64,000 nucleotides of DNA from a virus (lineage: Duplodnaviria; Caudoviricetes): positions 1-64,000 of the IMG/VR virus record IMGVR_UViG_3300046678_000420, one strand, 5' to 3'. Made by a program: the position numbers and the translations under genes. The notes beneath the pieces were generated by a model that was given only the letters and a program-made list of their open reading frames with translations, was not told the DNA's origin and searched no databases. Of this stretch, positions 9,093 through 18,565 are shown piece by piece (position 1 is the first letter of the stretch; each line of letters begins with the position of its first letter).

Positions 9093-10075
9093 TGGGCACG
9101 TACACAGTTCATGACAGTTACCTCGGCATGTCGGCAGAGACGACCTACGCAACGGGCGTCGCCGCTTCCCGGTTCTTCGAGTTCGAGACCGAGTCCATCA
9201 CCGGCAAGTACCCCCGCATCGACTCCAAGGCGGCGCGGGCAGGTACGCGCGTGCTGCGGACCGACCGGTGGGCCCCGAACCCGAAGGGCGCGGACGGCTC
9301 GGTCAAGTTGGAAGTCTTGGACACCGGCTTCGGCCTGCTGTTCAAGAACATGCTCGGGGTGGCTGCTCTGGGAGCGCCGACCGGTGGATATACGCCGATG
9401 ACGTTCACCATCGGCTCGCTCCTCGGCTTGTCGTCCACGTGGCAGGTTGGCCGCTACAGCACGGACGGCAGCCTGACGCCGTTCACGTACATGGGCGGGA
9501 AGGTCCACAACTGGGAGTTGGCTTCCGCCGTTGACGGCGTGCTCGGCCTGACGCTCAATCTCGACTTCGCGACAGAGACGATCGGCGCGGGCTCTGGCGC
9601 TACCGCCCTGTCTACTCCGACCTACGGCACTGGCTCTCAGCTCTTCACCTACATCGGTGGCTCGGCCACCGTGGCAGGACAGCAGTTCGCCGTGCACGAC
9701 GTGATGGTCAAGGGCGACAACAAGCTGAAGGTGGACCGCTACTTCATGGCCAACGGGGGCGTGAAGAAGGAACCTCTTGAGCAGGATCTTCGCGCCGTCA
9801 ACTGGGAGTTGAAGGGGGAGTTCGACGGCATCGCTCAGTACAACCGGGTTGCTTCCGTGACCAACGCGGGGGCCACGGCGGCGATTGTCATGAACTGGGC
9901 GACGCCTCAGGGCGGCGCCCTCCAGATCACGATCCCGAATGCGCGGTTCGACGGCGGCGCCCCGCACGCGGACGGCACGAAGATTCCCGAGATCTCGTTC
10001 ACCGGCCTCGCCCTCGATGACGGCGCGAGCCCGCCTATCAGCGTCGTCTACACCACGAAGGACGCGGCGCCGTAA
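9092..10075 (+). CDS. Major tail tube protein
   Basis: Position, 327 aa, beta-rich; ETTYATGVA..FFEFETESI pattern. Confidence 0.8.
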   Translation: MGTYTVHDSYLGMSAETTYATGVAASRFFEFETESITGKYPRIDSKAARAGTRVLRTDRWAPNPKGADGSVKLEVLDTGFGLLFKNMLGVAALGAPTGGYTPMTFTIGSLLGLSSTWQVGRYSTDGSLTPFTYMGGKVHNWELASAVDGVLGLTLNLDFATETIGAGSGATALSTPTYGTGSQLFTYIGGSATVAGQQFAVHDVMVKGDNKLKVDRYFMANGGVKKEPLEQDLRAVNWELKGEFDGIAQYNRVASVTNAGATAAIVMNWATPQGGALQITIPNARFDGGAPHADGTKIPEISFTGLALDDGASPPISVVYTTKDAAP

Positions 10076-10591
10076 GTGCCGTATCAGTCCGGCCAGGGCC
10101 GGGGCAGTCAGTTCACTAGTAAATACTCCAACGACTTCAGCCAAAAAATACAGATCGAGGGCCTGTACGAATTCCTGGCTCAGGTCAAGACCACGGCCCC
10201 ACAGGTTGTGGGGCAGGTCTCGGAGACAAACAAACTCGCGGCCGACATGGTGAAGGACGCGGCCAAGTCGAAGGCGTCCGGCCTAGGTGGCGTTGCGAAT
10301 AAGGCCGCTGGGTCGCTGGCGACGTCGAAGGCAACGCGCCAGGCATCCGTGCGTCTCGGCCAAGGAATGGCCTTCGCATTTGGCGCCGAGTTCGGCGCCA
10401 AGAGATACAACCAATTCAAGCCGTGGCGCGGCAATCAGTGGGTGGCCGGTGACGGCCCTGCTAGTGGTGTCGGCTACTTCCTGTACCCCGCGATTCGCGA
10501 GCAGCGCGCGGACGTAGAGCGCATCTACATGGCTTCCATGATGCGGCTCATGAGAGAAGCGGGCTTCCGGGTCAACGACCTGGACGAGTAG
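10076..10591 (+). CDS. Putative tail completion protein (HK97 gp10-like)
   Basis: IEGL..L, AEFG, FLYPA motifs. Confidence 0.55.
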   Translation: MPYQSGQGRGSQFTSKYSNDFSQKIQIEGLYEFLAQVKTTAPQVVGQVSETNKLAADMVKDAAKSKASGLGGVANKAAGSLATSKATRQASVRLGQGMAFAFGAEFGAKRYNQFKPWRGNQWVAGDGPASGVGYFLYPAIREQRADVERIYMASMMRLMREAGFRVNDLDE

Positions 10592-10665
10592 CACCGCGGT
10601 TCGCTTTACAGCGCCCCGCCGGCCAAGTGTCGGCGGGGCTTCCTACTTCCTGAAGGAGTCCCCCT

Positions 10666-10974
10666 ATGTCTGAAGTTCTGAAGCTCGACCCCGAAGACCT
10701 GTCCATCGGCGACCTGGAGGATTTCGAGGAGATCACCGGCCAGTCCCTCACTGACGCGCTGAAGGCACGTCCCGTGCTCGACGAGGACGGCAACCGGCAG
10801 TTTGACGAGAAGGGCCGCCCTCTGTCTGAGGCGCAGCTCTCGGCGAAGGTCATCAAGGCACTCGTCTTCGTCGTGAAGCGTCGTGACAATCCGGCTTTCA
10901 CGCTGGAGGACGCGCGGCATGTCCGCATCTCTGATCTGAAGTTCGCTGAGGCGGACGCGGAGGGAAACGGCTAA
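10666..10974 (+). CDS. Tail assembly chaperone (G)
   Basis: Directly upstream of tape measure; ends at GGGAAAC slippery site. Confidence 0.8.
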   Translation: MSEVLKLDPEDLSIGDLEDFEEITGQSLTDALKARPVLDEDGNRQFDEKGRPLSEAQLSAKVIKALVFVVKRRDNPAFTLEDARHVRISDLKFAEADAEGNG

Positions 10975-11126
10975 AGCTGGACCGGCTTAAGGAATGGGCG
11001 TTGCTTGCCCGTTTCTACGGCTGGACCCCAGCACAAATACGGGGGCTAACGCTGTCCGAGTACCGGGTGATGCTCGGGTACGCGGAAGCGCTACGGGATT
11101 CGGGGGTAGACCGTGGCGGCTGGTGA
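10962..11126 (+). CDS. Tail assembly chaperone GT extension via -1 frameshift at GGGAAAC (10962-10968)
   Basis: -1 frame reads RLKLDRLKEWALLARFYGWTPAQIRGLTLSEY..; conserved at 56171. Confidence 0.8.
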   Translation, partial: GKRLKLDRLKEWALLARFYGWTPAQIRGLTLSEYRVMLGYAEALRDSGVDRGGW

Positions 11127-14037
11127 GAAGATTCTCCGCGTCATCATCGCGGGTGATGCGCTCGGCGCTGTCGGCGCTCTTGAGTCGCTGTCTCATGGGC
11201 TTGAACGAGCGCATAGTGATGCGGATACTCACGGCGGCGGGATTGTGTCGTCTATGGGCGGTGCCGCTAAGGGTGTCGCTCTTTTCGCTGTAGGCGCGGC
11301 GGCGTCGCTCGGCGCGGTAGCGGCGGAGATCTATCATCTCGGCTCGGGCTACGAGCAGAACTTGAACGCCATTCAGGCTTTCACTCATTCGACTAACGAT
11401 CAGATGAAGTCGCTTGAGAACCAGCTCTATTCGATGTCGCCCAAGTTCGCGCAGATGGGCCAGACCGTCAGTGACGGTTCAGAGGCCCTTTACGAACTGA
11501 CTAAGGCTGGTGCGTCCACTAAGGACGGCATGGCCGAGCTTGTGCCGACTATGGCTCTGGCGAAGGCGACGAACACGGATTACGCCGAGTCGGCCAAGGA
11601 GATGACGCGGGTCCTTGATTCGTTCGGCCTCAAGGCCGACCAGGCGAGCAGCGTTGCGGACATCCTGACCAACGCTACGCACACGTCTACTCAGACGCTT
11701 CAGGACATGGCCGATGGCTTGAAGTACACATCCGTTGCGGCGCACGACTTCGGCATTGACCTTCAGACGACGGCCGCCGTCACTGCTATGTACGCGAACG
11801 CCGGTATTCAAGGCACGCAGGCCGGTACGGCATTCCGCCAGATGCTTCTGAATCTTTCGGCGCCAACGAAGCAGGCTAAGGACGCAATCAAGGCCATTGG
11901 TCTTCAGGCGTTCGATGCGCAGGGCCACATGAGGCCGCTGTCGGATATCTTCCAGCAGTTGCAAGACAAGTTCGGCAAGGGTCTGGACACTCACAGCCTT
12001 GAGAAGATCGCGCCCGACCTTAAGGCGATATTCGGGGCCCGTGGCGTTGAACCTATCATGGCCGCCATCAAGCAAGGCGGCGGCGGCCTCGATCAGTACA
12101 TCAAGCTGATGAACCGGACGGGCGAGGCGTCGGCTATTGCTGAGGCCAAGAGCAAGGGTCTTTCGGGCACTTTCAACATGCTCGGGGCCACGATGGAGTC
12201 CGCCTCGCAGCACCTCTATATGCAGGTCGGTCCGAAGCTGGCGACCTTCCTGGACCCCTTTGTGGAGCGCCTTCCGGGCTATCTGTCGAAGGCGGCAAAG
12301 TACGGGGAAGAGATCTGGACCGCGCTTTCCGATCCAGGTAAGTCCGCGAAGGGGCCGAACGGCAGAAGCGGATTCACGAAGGGCCTTGTCGAGGTCGGCA
12401 AGGTCGTTCACGGTGAAGTGCTTCCGGCCCTCGGCGAGATAGCCAGTTTCGTAAAGGACGACGTCGTTCCGGAAGTCGAGCGGTTCGGAAAGATGTTCGT
12501 CACACAGGTCGTTCCTTTCGTCGCTCGGGTGTCATCCGACATAGGGCGGATGCTGCTCCCGATCCTGCGGGACGTCGGCCGATTCATAAAGGTTGAAATC
12601 CTCCCCATGTTGAAGCAGTGGGGCGAGTTTATCTCAACTGTCGTGATTCCCAAGATGGAGCTTATCTGGACCAAGGTCCGCCCCATCTTGCAAATGCTGA
12701 CCGACTACATCCAAAAGAAGGTCGTTCCACTTCTCTATTGGGCGGCCGAGCAGATGAAGCCGCTGATGAAGGATTTCGAGGCGCTGATCTCGCAGCTTCT
12801 AGATGCGCTAGCCGGGCTCTATGGCTTTTTGGCTCCGGTCATTAAGTGGCTGATCGACAATTTGGGCGGCCCGCTGCTCAGCGCTGTAAAGGGATTCCTT
12901 GGCGGAGTCTTCCAGCTCGTAAAGGGCGTGATCGAATTCGCGCGTGGGCTTCTCGATTTCCTGAAGGGGATTTTTACCGGCGATTGGTCGAAGGTGTGGC
13001 ACGGGCTGTCAGAGATGGCGGCCGGGGTCATGAATGCCCTAGTCGGACTTTTGCGGGCGCTGATCTTCGGCAAGCTCGTTCGGCTATTCATCGAAGGCGG
13101 AAAGGCTTTGATGGATGCCGCAGAGGCGCCGTTTAAGTGGATCGCCGACCGGGTTGGTTCGTTCAGCTCGGACGTGGTTTACGGTTTTACGCGCCTCAAG
13201 CAACTTGCCGGGGCGGTTTGGGATTCCATGTGGGAATCCGTGACCTCGACTTTGTCGGATGCGATGAAGTCCATGGGTGACAATGTCGTTCGGCTCGGCG
13301 CGGATGTCCTCAAGTGGTTCCAGGATTTGCCGGGCGTGCTGGGTCGGCTGCTCGCCGACGCCGGACAGTGGCTCGTTGATACCGGCGTGAAGCTCCTTAC
13401 GGGGCTGAAGAACGGCATCGTGAACGGCGTGAAGGCGGTCTATTCGTGGTTCACCACGGACCTGCCTAACGGCGTGAACTCTGCTCTTTCGAGTATCGGT
13501 TCGTGGCTCGAAAACGCCGGAATCAACATGATGGAAGGCTTCATCAAGGGCGTTGGCGACATGGCCGGGAAGGTGAAGGACTCGGCCGTAAACGCGGTCA
13601 AGGGCGCCTATGACGGCGTGAAGTCCTTCCTTGGTATCAACTCCCCGTCGCGCCTCTATGCCGAGGTCGGCGGCCACACGGGCCAGGGCTACGTCAACGG
13701 CATCGTGGCCAAGACGAAGGCTGTCCATGATGCCGTGGTGGGCATGGTGACTGTGCCGGCCAACCGCTTTACAGCGGCCTTCCGTCAGCAGCAGCAGACC
13801 GCGACCACGGCGGCGGCAACGGCCGCCAGGAACGCCGGTCAACTGTGGGCCTCTACGGGAGTCGGCGGCCCGGTTCAGCCGGCCGGAGGCTTTACAGTGC
13901 CCGTCACTATCAACGTGGCCGGTTCCATCCAGGCTGAGCGGGATTTCGCTCGCACCATGTCTCAGTCGATCCGAGACGAGATCCGCCAGATAGCACGCCG
14001 CAACGGCGGCAAGACAGGCCTTACGGGGGCCTTCTAG
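11113..14037 (+). CDS. Tape measure protein, TP901 family
   Basis: 974 aa helical; LKY..VAA, AGIQGTQAGTAFR, GINSPSR motifs. Confidence 0.93.
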   Translation: MAAGEKILRVIIAGDALGAVGALESLSHGLERAHSDADTHGGGIVSSMGGAAKGVALFAVGAAASLGAVAAEIYHLGSGYEQNLNAIQAFTHSTNDQMKSLENQLYSMSPKFAQMGQTVSDGSEALYELTKAGASTKDGMAELVPTMALAKATNTDYAESAKEMTRVLDSFGLKADQASSVADILTNATHTSTQTLQDMADGLKYTSVAAHDFGIDLQTTAAVTAMYANAGIQGTQAGTAFRQMLLNLSAPTKQAKDAIKAIGLQAFDAQGHMRPLSDIFQQLQDKFGKGLDTHSLEKIAPDLKAIFGARGVEPIMAAIKQGGGGLDQYIKLMNRTGEASAIAEAKSKGLSGTFNMLGATMESASQHLYMQVGPKLATFLDPFVERLPGYLSKAAKYGEEIWTALSDPGKSAKGPNGRSGFTKGLVEVGKVVHGEVLPALGEIASFVKDDVVPEVERFGKMFVTQVVPFVARVSSDIGRMLLPILRDVGRFIKVEILPMLKQWGEFISTVVIPKMELIWTKVRPILQMLTDYIQKKVVPLLYWAAEQMKPLMKDFEALISQLLDALAGLYGFLAPVIKWLIDNLGGPLLSAVKGFLGGVFQLVKGVIEFARGLLDFLKGIFTGDWSKVWHGLSEMAAGVMNALVGLLRALIFGKLVRLFIEGGKALMDAAEAPFKWIADRVGSFSSDVVYGFTRLKQLAGAVWDSMWESVTSTLSDAMKSMGDNVVRLGADVLKWFQDLPGVLGRLLADAGQWLVDTGVKLLTGLKNGIVNGVKAVYSWFTTDLPNGVNSALSSIGSWLENAGINMMEGFIKGVGDMAGKVKDSAVNAVKGAYDGVKSFLGINSPSRLYAEVGGHTGQGYVNGIVAKTKAVHDAVVGMVTVPANRFTAAFRQQQQTATTAAATAARNAGQLWASTGVGGPVQPAGGFTVPVTINVAGSIQAERDFARTMSQSIRDEIRQIARRNGGKTGLTGAF

Positions 14038-14085
14038 TAACGGGGGGAGGTCGGGGCTCCGCGCTATGCGCGGGGCCCCCTCTGC

Positions 14086-17000
14086 ATGTCTACAACTCTT
14101 GGTGTTCACATCGGCTGGGATGCGAACTTGCCGGACCAGTACGTCAAGTACAGCGACGTGTCCGGCTACGTGACGCAGGTGGATACACAGCGGGGCCGCT
14201 CGACCGAGCTGGACGACATCCAGACCGGCACCGCATCCGTTGTCCTCGACAACTCGGACGGCCGGTTCACTCCGGGCCGCGCCTACGGCAAGGAGCTGCT
14301 TCCCGACAACATTCGGACCTCGACCGCATGGACCAGCCACAGCACGGGGTTCACGGCGGGGACGAATACGACCCTGAGTTCGGCCTCCGCGCACACGCTG
14401 TCGTGGTCGGCCAGCCTCAAGGCCGTTGTGTCCGCAGGCGTGGCGGGGAACCGCATCGTCAGGACTACGGCGGTCCCGGTGACTCCAGGACTCCAGTACC
14501 GGGCTGCGGTGATGTCGATGGCGCTCTCGGGAACGCTCCAGGCTCAGGCTGCAATCCGCTTTTACGACTCTTCCGGGAATGACCTCGGTAACGGCACCGA
14601 CTATGACACGACTTGGAAGCAGTACGCGGACGTTGTCCGCGCGTCGATGCCGGTGGCGTACCACCGGATGAACGACGCCGGAGGCGCCTCGTGCGCCCCG
14701 ACTGCGGGCCGGGACCCGATGGTCACGTATAACGTTGCGGCTGGCGCCGCTGGCTCCTCGTGGGCGGCTGGCGGTACCGCTTCGGCAGGCGTCTTCAACG
14801 GGACCAGCTCCGTCGCGGAGGCTTGCGGTATCCCGCTGGCTACGGTCGTGAACAACTCCTATTCGGCCGGAGCGTCTTCGGTCGAGCTTTGGTTCAACAC
14901 CACCACCCCGGGCGGCCTTCTGGCTGATGCCCCTTCGGGGGTGATGTCTCACAGCTACCCCAACCCCGTTCAGTACACCATCAGCAGCGCGGGCACTCCG
15001 GTGACCGGCGCCGCGCTGATACCGCTGGCCCATATCGGCACGGACGGCTACCTGTACTGCCAGGGCTCAGTCAAGAGCACGTTTCCCGTCAATGACGGCT
15101 TGTGGCATCACCTGGTGATCGCGGGCGCCGCCTTCTACCTCGACGGTGTCCAGTTCGGTACTGGCTCGGGGAGTGGCGCCTCGCGTGCGGTCCTGGGCTA
15201 CGTGGACTTCTCGTATAGCAGCTATCCCGGGGGTATCACCGGCAAGCCCGCTACGGGCTGGTTCAACGGCCGTATGGCAGACGTGGCGCTGTACCGCCAC
15301 GCGCTGACGCCCCAGACGGTCGCAGACCACTACCGGCATGGGGTGGCCGGGCTCCGTCCCGTGCAGTCCTCAGGCAGCGCGTACCCACTCCCGTGGGGGC
15401 TCCTCACCAGTGGGGTCACCGCGCCGGCGAATGCCTTTACAGCGTCCGTTGAAGTCGTCACCAGCAATGCGGGCACCTTCTACTTCGACTCGTTCTCTCT
15501 GCGGACGGTCTCACCGTTCTACGGCCGCATACGGCCGCGCCGGAGGGTCCGGGTGTTCGCCACGACCGGGCAGAACCTCATGCCTCCAGGGCTGAACCTC
15601 GGCTATCAGACGTACAGCGGCATCCCGGCAGGGGTGGACGACAACGAAACCGGGACGTGGATTCTTGCGAACGGAACGAACCTTTCGTTTGACCCATCGA
15701 CCAACGTAACGACGTATGCCGCTAACTCGTCGTCGGTGTCCGGGCTCTCGCTCTACGGCCCGTCAGGGAACGGGATTTCGGTCCCGTGGATGCTGCTTCC
15801 GGGAAGCACCTACACGTTCCAGGCACAGGTTGCCGCCTGGCGGTTTGCCGCGAACAGCACAGGCGTAACCATCGGCATTAACACGACCGTGAACTCTCAG
15901 CCGGGCTCTTCGACGTACTTCAACGGATCGGTGCCGGTACAGCACGTCAGCCCCGGTGACGTGTCTTGGAAGACGGTTTCTTGGACGTTCACCATCCCGA
16001 GCACCTACGTCCAGCCCGAGTTTCTGTTCACGGTCTACACCAGCGAAACCCTGTCGTCGGGCTCCACCTACGCGTGGCAGACCGCACTCAGGAACCTTCA
16101 ACTGGTCGATGTCACCAACGGCCAGACCATCCCGGCCTATCAGGCTGGCGATGCGACCATGCCGGTTTTCGTCGGCGTGGCGGACAAGTGGGAAAGCACC
16201 ACCGAGTACGACCAGGTCGCGACGGTTCAACTGTCCTGCTCGGACATGATGAGGGCTCTCGGAGAGTCTCAGATGTCGAGTGCGCCTCAGTCGATGGGGT
16301 TCCGGCCTGACTGGAACTGCCTTGGCTCTTGGGACCTCGGCCAGGAAGATCAGTTCGACAATGTGGCGAACGTCGCCCCGAATCAGGCATTCGGGACGGC
16401 CCTGATCTACTCGGCTAACACGGCGGCTGTGAACAACCTGTTCATTAGCGAGAGTCCGAATGTCAACCTTACGGGGCGGTATCTGCCCCAGGGGAACGGC
16501 GGCATCAACTTCCAAACGGCGCTGTGTCAGTACCTGCTTTCGTTCGGGAAGCTTCCGGCTAAGGGCTCGGTCGAGTTCTGGTTCCGGCCGTACAACAACG
16601 CAGGCAGCCCTGACGTATGGAACGGCGGCGACAACCTGATCTGTGGGTCAGGGCCGTTCCTGAGCATGTATATCGGCAGTGGCGGAGTTGGTCAGGTGTC
16701 GTGTGGCTGGAACGGCCGTAAGGCCACTTCGACTAACATCGCGCCGGGTTCCCCGGCCAACATGATGACCCGGGGTGGCCACGTGGCTATGGAGGTCGTT
16801 ACCTCGGGCGGCGCTTCCCCTACGGCATCGGTGCAGGTCTTCTACAACGGAACATCCGTCGTCTCGTCTAGCGGCGAGTCGTTTGGCCCGGTTGCCGAGC
16901 AGTACAACGGGAACTATTCGGCGTTCTCGATCGGCGGTGACCGCAACTTTACCGACCCGATTTCAGGGGTGTCGCTGGCGCAGTTCTGTGGCGAGGTCTA

Positions 17001-17826
17001 CGCACCGGCCATGTACGGCAACACCGGCATGGACTGGGCTACCCGGGTCAACCTGTTTTCTGTCTCGCTCGGCTACGCCGTCAACACTCCGTTGAACAAC
17101 GGTAGCGTCATCAGCGCGACGCAAACCCAACTGCCTTGGATTGTGGCCGCCTCCGGCATGACGCTTCCGCTCACGGTCGGGTCTACGTCCTCACCGGCCG
17201 ATGTGCCGATCTTTAACGGCGGAACTGGCCTTGACGCCTTCAAGACTCAGGCCGCTCAGACCATGGGCATGGTCGTATTCAACCGGTACGGCGCTCTCTC
17301 GATCCAAGACAGCGCGTTCCGGCAGTCTGGGAACGACGTGTATTCATTCGACTGCACGGGAGCCACCGGCCCGGATAGCGCAATGCTGTACGTGAACGAC
17401 ATCGACCGGACCTGGACTTCGGTCCAGCTCAACGGCGATGACGGAACGACCACGTGGAACTCTTTTGCCGGGTGGTCTCAGTACGGGTGGCACCAGCAGG
17501 CGCAGACCGTTCAGAACTACACGGCATCGACCGGCGGCTATGCGTGGGGCTTCCTGGCGAACTATCTGCAACCGACTGCGCGAATCGACTCGGCTTCGTT
17601 CACCGTCACCAACAACGCTCTGGCTGCCACGGCGCTGTTGGTGGATATCGGTTCGCACGTTCAGTTCATGGACCTTCCCGACAACGCCCCCGGGGACGGG
17701 CCCTACGGGGCCTACATGTGTTGGGTGGAATCGGTGAAGGTCTCGGCGCAAGCCCAGGGCGGCGTGATTGTGCCAACGGTTCAGATCACGCTTTCCCCGG
17801 ACTTCACCTATGTACCGATCATGTAA
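14086..17826 (+). CDS. Large tail tip/receptor-binding protein with CBM-like and LamG-like domains
   Basis: After TMP; TQRGR..GTASVVLDNSDGRFTP; PVAYHRMND, SVELWF, VNDGLWHHL, MADVALY. Confidence 0.8.
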   Translation: MSTTLGVHIGWDANLPDQYVKYSDVSGYVTQVDTQRGRSTELDDIQTGTASVVLDNSDGRFTPGRAYGKELLPDNIRTSTAWTSHSTGFTAGTNTTLSSASAHTLSWSASLKAVVSAGVAGNRIVRTTAVPVTPGLQYRAAVMSMALSGTLQAQAAIRFYDSSGNDLGNGTDYDTTWKQYADVVRASMPVAYHRMNDAGGASCAPTAGRDPMVTYNVAAGAAGSSWAAGGTASAGVFNGTSSVAEACGIPLATVVNNSYSAGASSVELWFNTTTPGGLLADAPSGVMSHSYPNPVQYTISSAGTPVTGAALIPLAHIGTDGYLYCQGSVKSTFPVNDGLWHHLVIAGAAFYLDGVQFGTGSGSGASRAVLGYVDFSYSSYPGGITGKPATGWFNGRMADVALYRHALTPQTVADHYRHGVAGLRPVQSSGSAYPLPWGLLTSGVTAPANAFTASVEVVTSNAGTFYFDSFSLRTVSPFYGRIRPRRRVRVFATTGQNLMPPGLNLGYQTYSGIPAGVDDNETGTWILANGTNLSFDPSTNVTTYAANSSSVSGLSLYGPSGNGISVPWMLLPGSTYTFQAQVAAWRFAANSTGVTIGINTTVNSQPGSSTYFNGSVPVQHVSPGDVSWKTVSWTFTIPSTYVQPEFLFTVYTSETLSSGSTYAWQTALRNLQLVDVTNGQTIPAYQAGDATMPVFVGVADKWESTTEYDQVATVQLSCSDMMRALGESQMSSAPQSMGFRPDWNCLGSWDLGQEDQFDNVANVAPNQAFGTALIYSANTAAVNNLFISESPNVNLTGRYLPQGNGGINFQTALCQYLLSFGKLPAKGSVEFWFRPYNNAGSPDVWNGGDNLICGSGPFLSMYIGSGGVGQVSCGWNGRKATSTNIAPGSPANMMTRGGHVAMEVVTSGGASPTASVQVFYNGTSVVSSSGESFGPVAEQYNGNYSAFSIGGDRNFTDPISGVSLAQFCGEVYAPAMYGNTGMDWATRVNLFSVSLGYAVNTPLNNGSVISATQTQLPWIVAASGMTLPLTVGSTSSPADVPIFNGGTGLDAFKTQAAQTMGMVVFNRYGALSIQDSAFRQSGNDVYSFDCTGATGPDSAMLYVNDIDRTWTSVQLNGDDGTTTWNSFAGWSQYGWHQQAQTVQNYTASTGGYAWGFLANYLQPTARIDSASFTVTNNALAATALLVDIGSHVQFMDLPDNAPGDGPYGAYMCWVESVKVSAQAQGGVIVPTVQITLSPDFTYVPIM

Positions 17827-17835
17827 GGGGGGGTC

Positions 17836-18099
17836 TTGTCTTACGAGGCCATGATTTCAACGGTGGCAGTTGTCGCGGGCGGCCTGGGTATCGGCTCGGG
17901 CGCCCGCGCCCGCGTGAAGGCCGCCGCGCACGTCTCCACCATCGAGGTGTGGCGGGAAGAGGCTGAGGCGCAGAAGGCCAGGGGCGACCGGCTAGAGGCG
18001 GCCGTACATGAGCTGTCTGAGCAGATCACTGCTCTGCGCAACGAGGTTCAGCGACTCACGGGTGTGCTCCGGGCTGTAGCTCCGGAGCTTCTTTCCTGA
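17836..18099 (+). CDS. Small membrane-anchored coiled-coil protein (lysis-associated)
   Basis: N-terminal TM then coiled coil; homologue at 63068. Confidence 0.6.
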   Translation: MSYEAMISTVAVVAGGLGIGSGARARVKAAAHVSTIEVWREEAEAQKARGDRLEAAVHELSEQITALRNEVQRLTGVLRAVAPELLS

Positions 18100-18117
18100 G
18101 GCCCTGGGTTGGCGCAA

Positions 18118-18480
18118 CTAGTTCGACGCCAAAGCCCTGCCGATGTGAACGACGACTGCCGGTGTTCCGATCTCACGGGGGACCACAGGAGTCCCGATGC
18201 TGTCTGGGATCACGGGTGTTCCGATCTCACGGGGGACCACAGGAGTCCCGATGCTGTCTGGGATCACGGGCGGTGTTCCCCCGTAGCTGGGTGCCCTGGC
18301 CGGTCCCGCTGTCGTGACATGACCTGGTGGCCGCTCTGCCTGCGTGTTTGAACGCGCAACCTTGGTCTCTTCATACAGCCATGCCGTGCCGCTGGCAGCA
18401 AGCGGCACCACAGCTATCAAGGTGCCAACTACCTGCGAGATGTTAGCGAGCACGCTTAGTCGTTCACGGAAGACAGACAC
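18118..18480 (-). CDS. Inserted membrane protein with repeat tail (A-specific)
   Basis: Hydrophobic N-terminus, IGTPV repeats; region absent from copy B. Confidence 0.45.
   Translation of the reverse strand: MSVFRERLSVLANISQVVGTLIAVVPLAASGTAWLYEETKVARSNTQAERPPGHVTTAGPARAPSYGGTPPVIPDSIGTPVVPREIGTPVIPDSIGTPVVPREIGTPAVVVHIGRALASN
18161..18268. repeat. Exact tandem duplication, 2 x 54 bp
   Basis: ggtgttccgatctcacggggg..gggatcacg starts at 18161 and 18215. Confidence 0.9.
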
Positions 18481-18565
18481 GTCTACCTCGCTTTCAAGGT
18501 CATCGAAATCTCGCCGCCATCAAGTTAGACCGCTGATTCTACATTTGATCCAATTCGGGGGACGA

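Noticed and set aside
18161-18268. 54-bp repeat as a CRISPR mini-array
   Set aside because: Two adjacent copies with no spacer; in-frame coding duplication.
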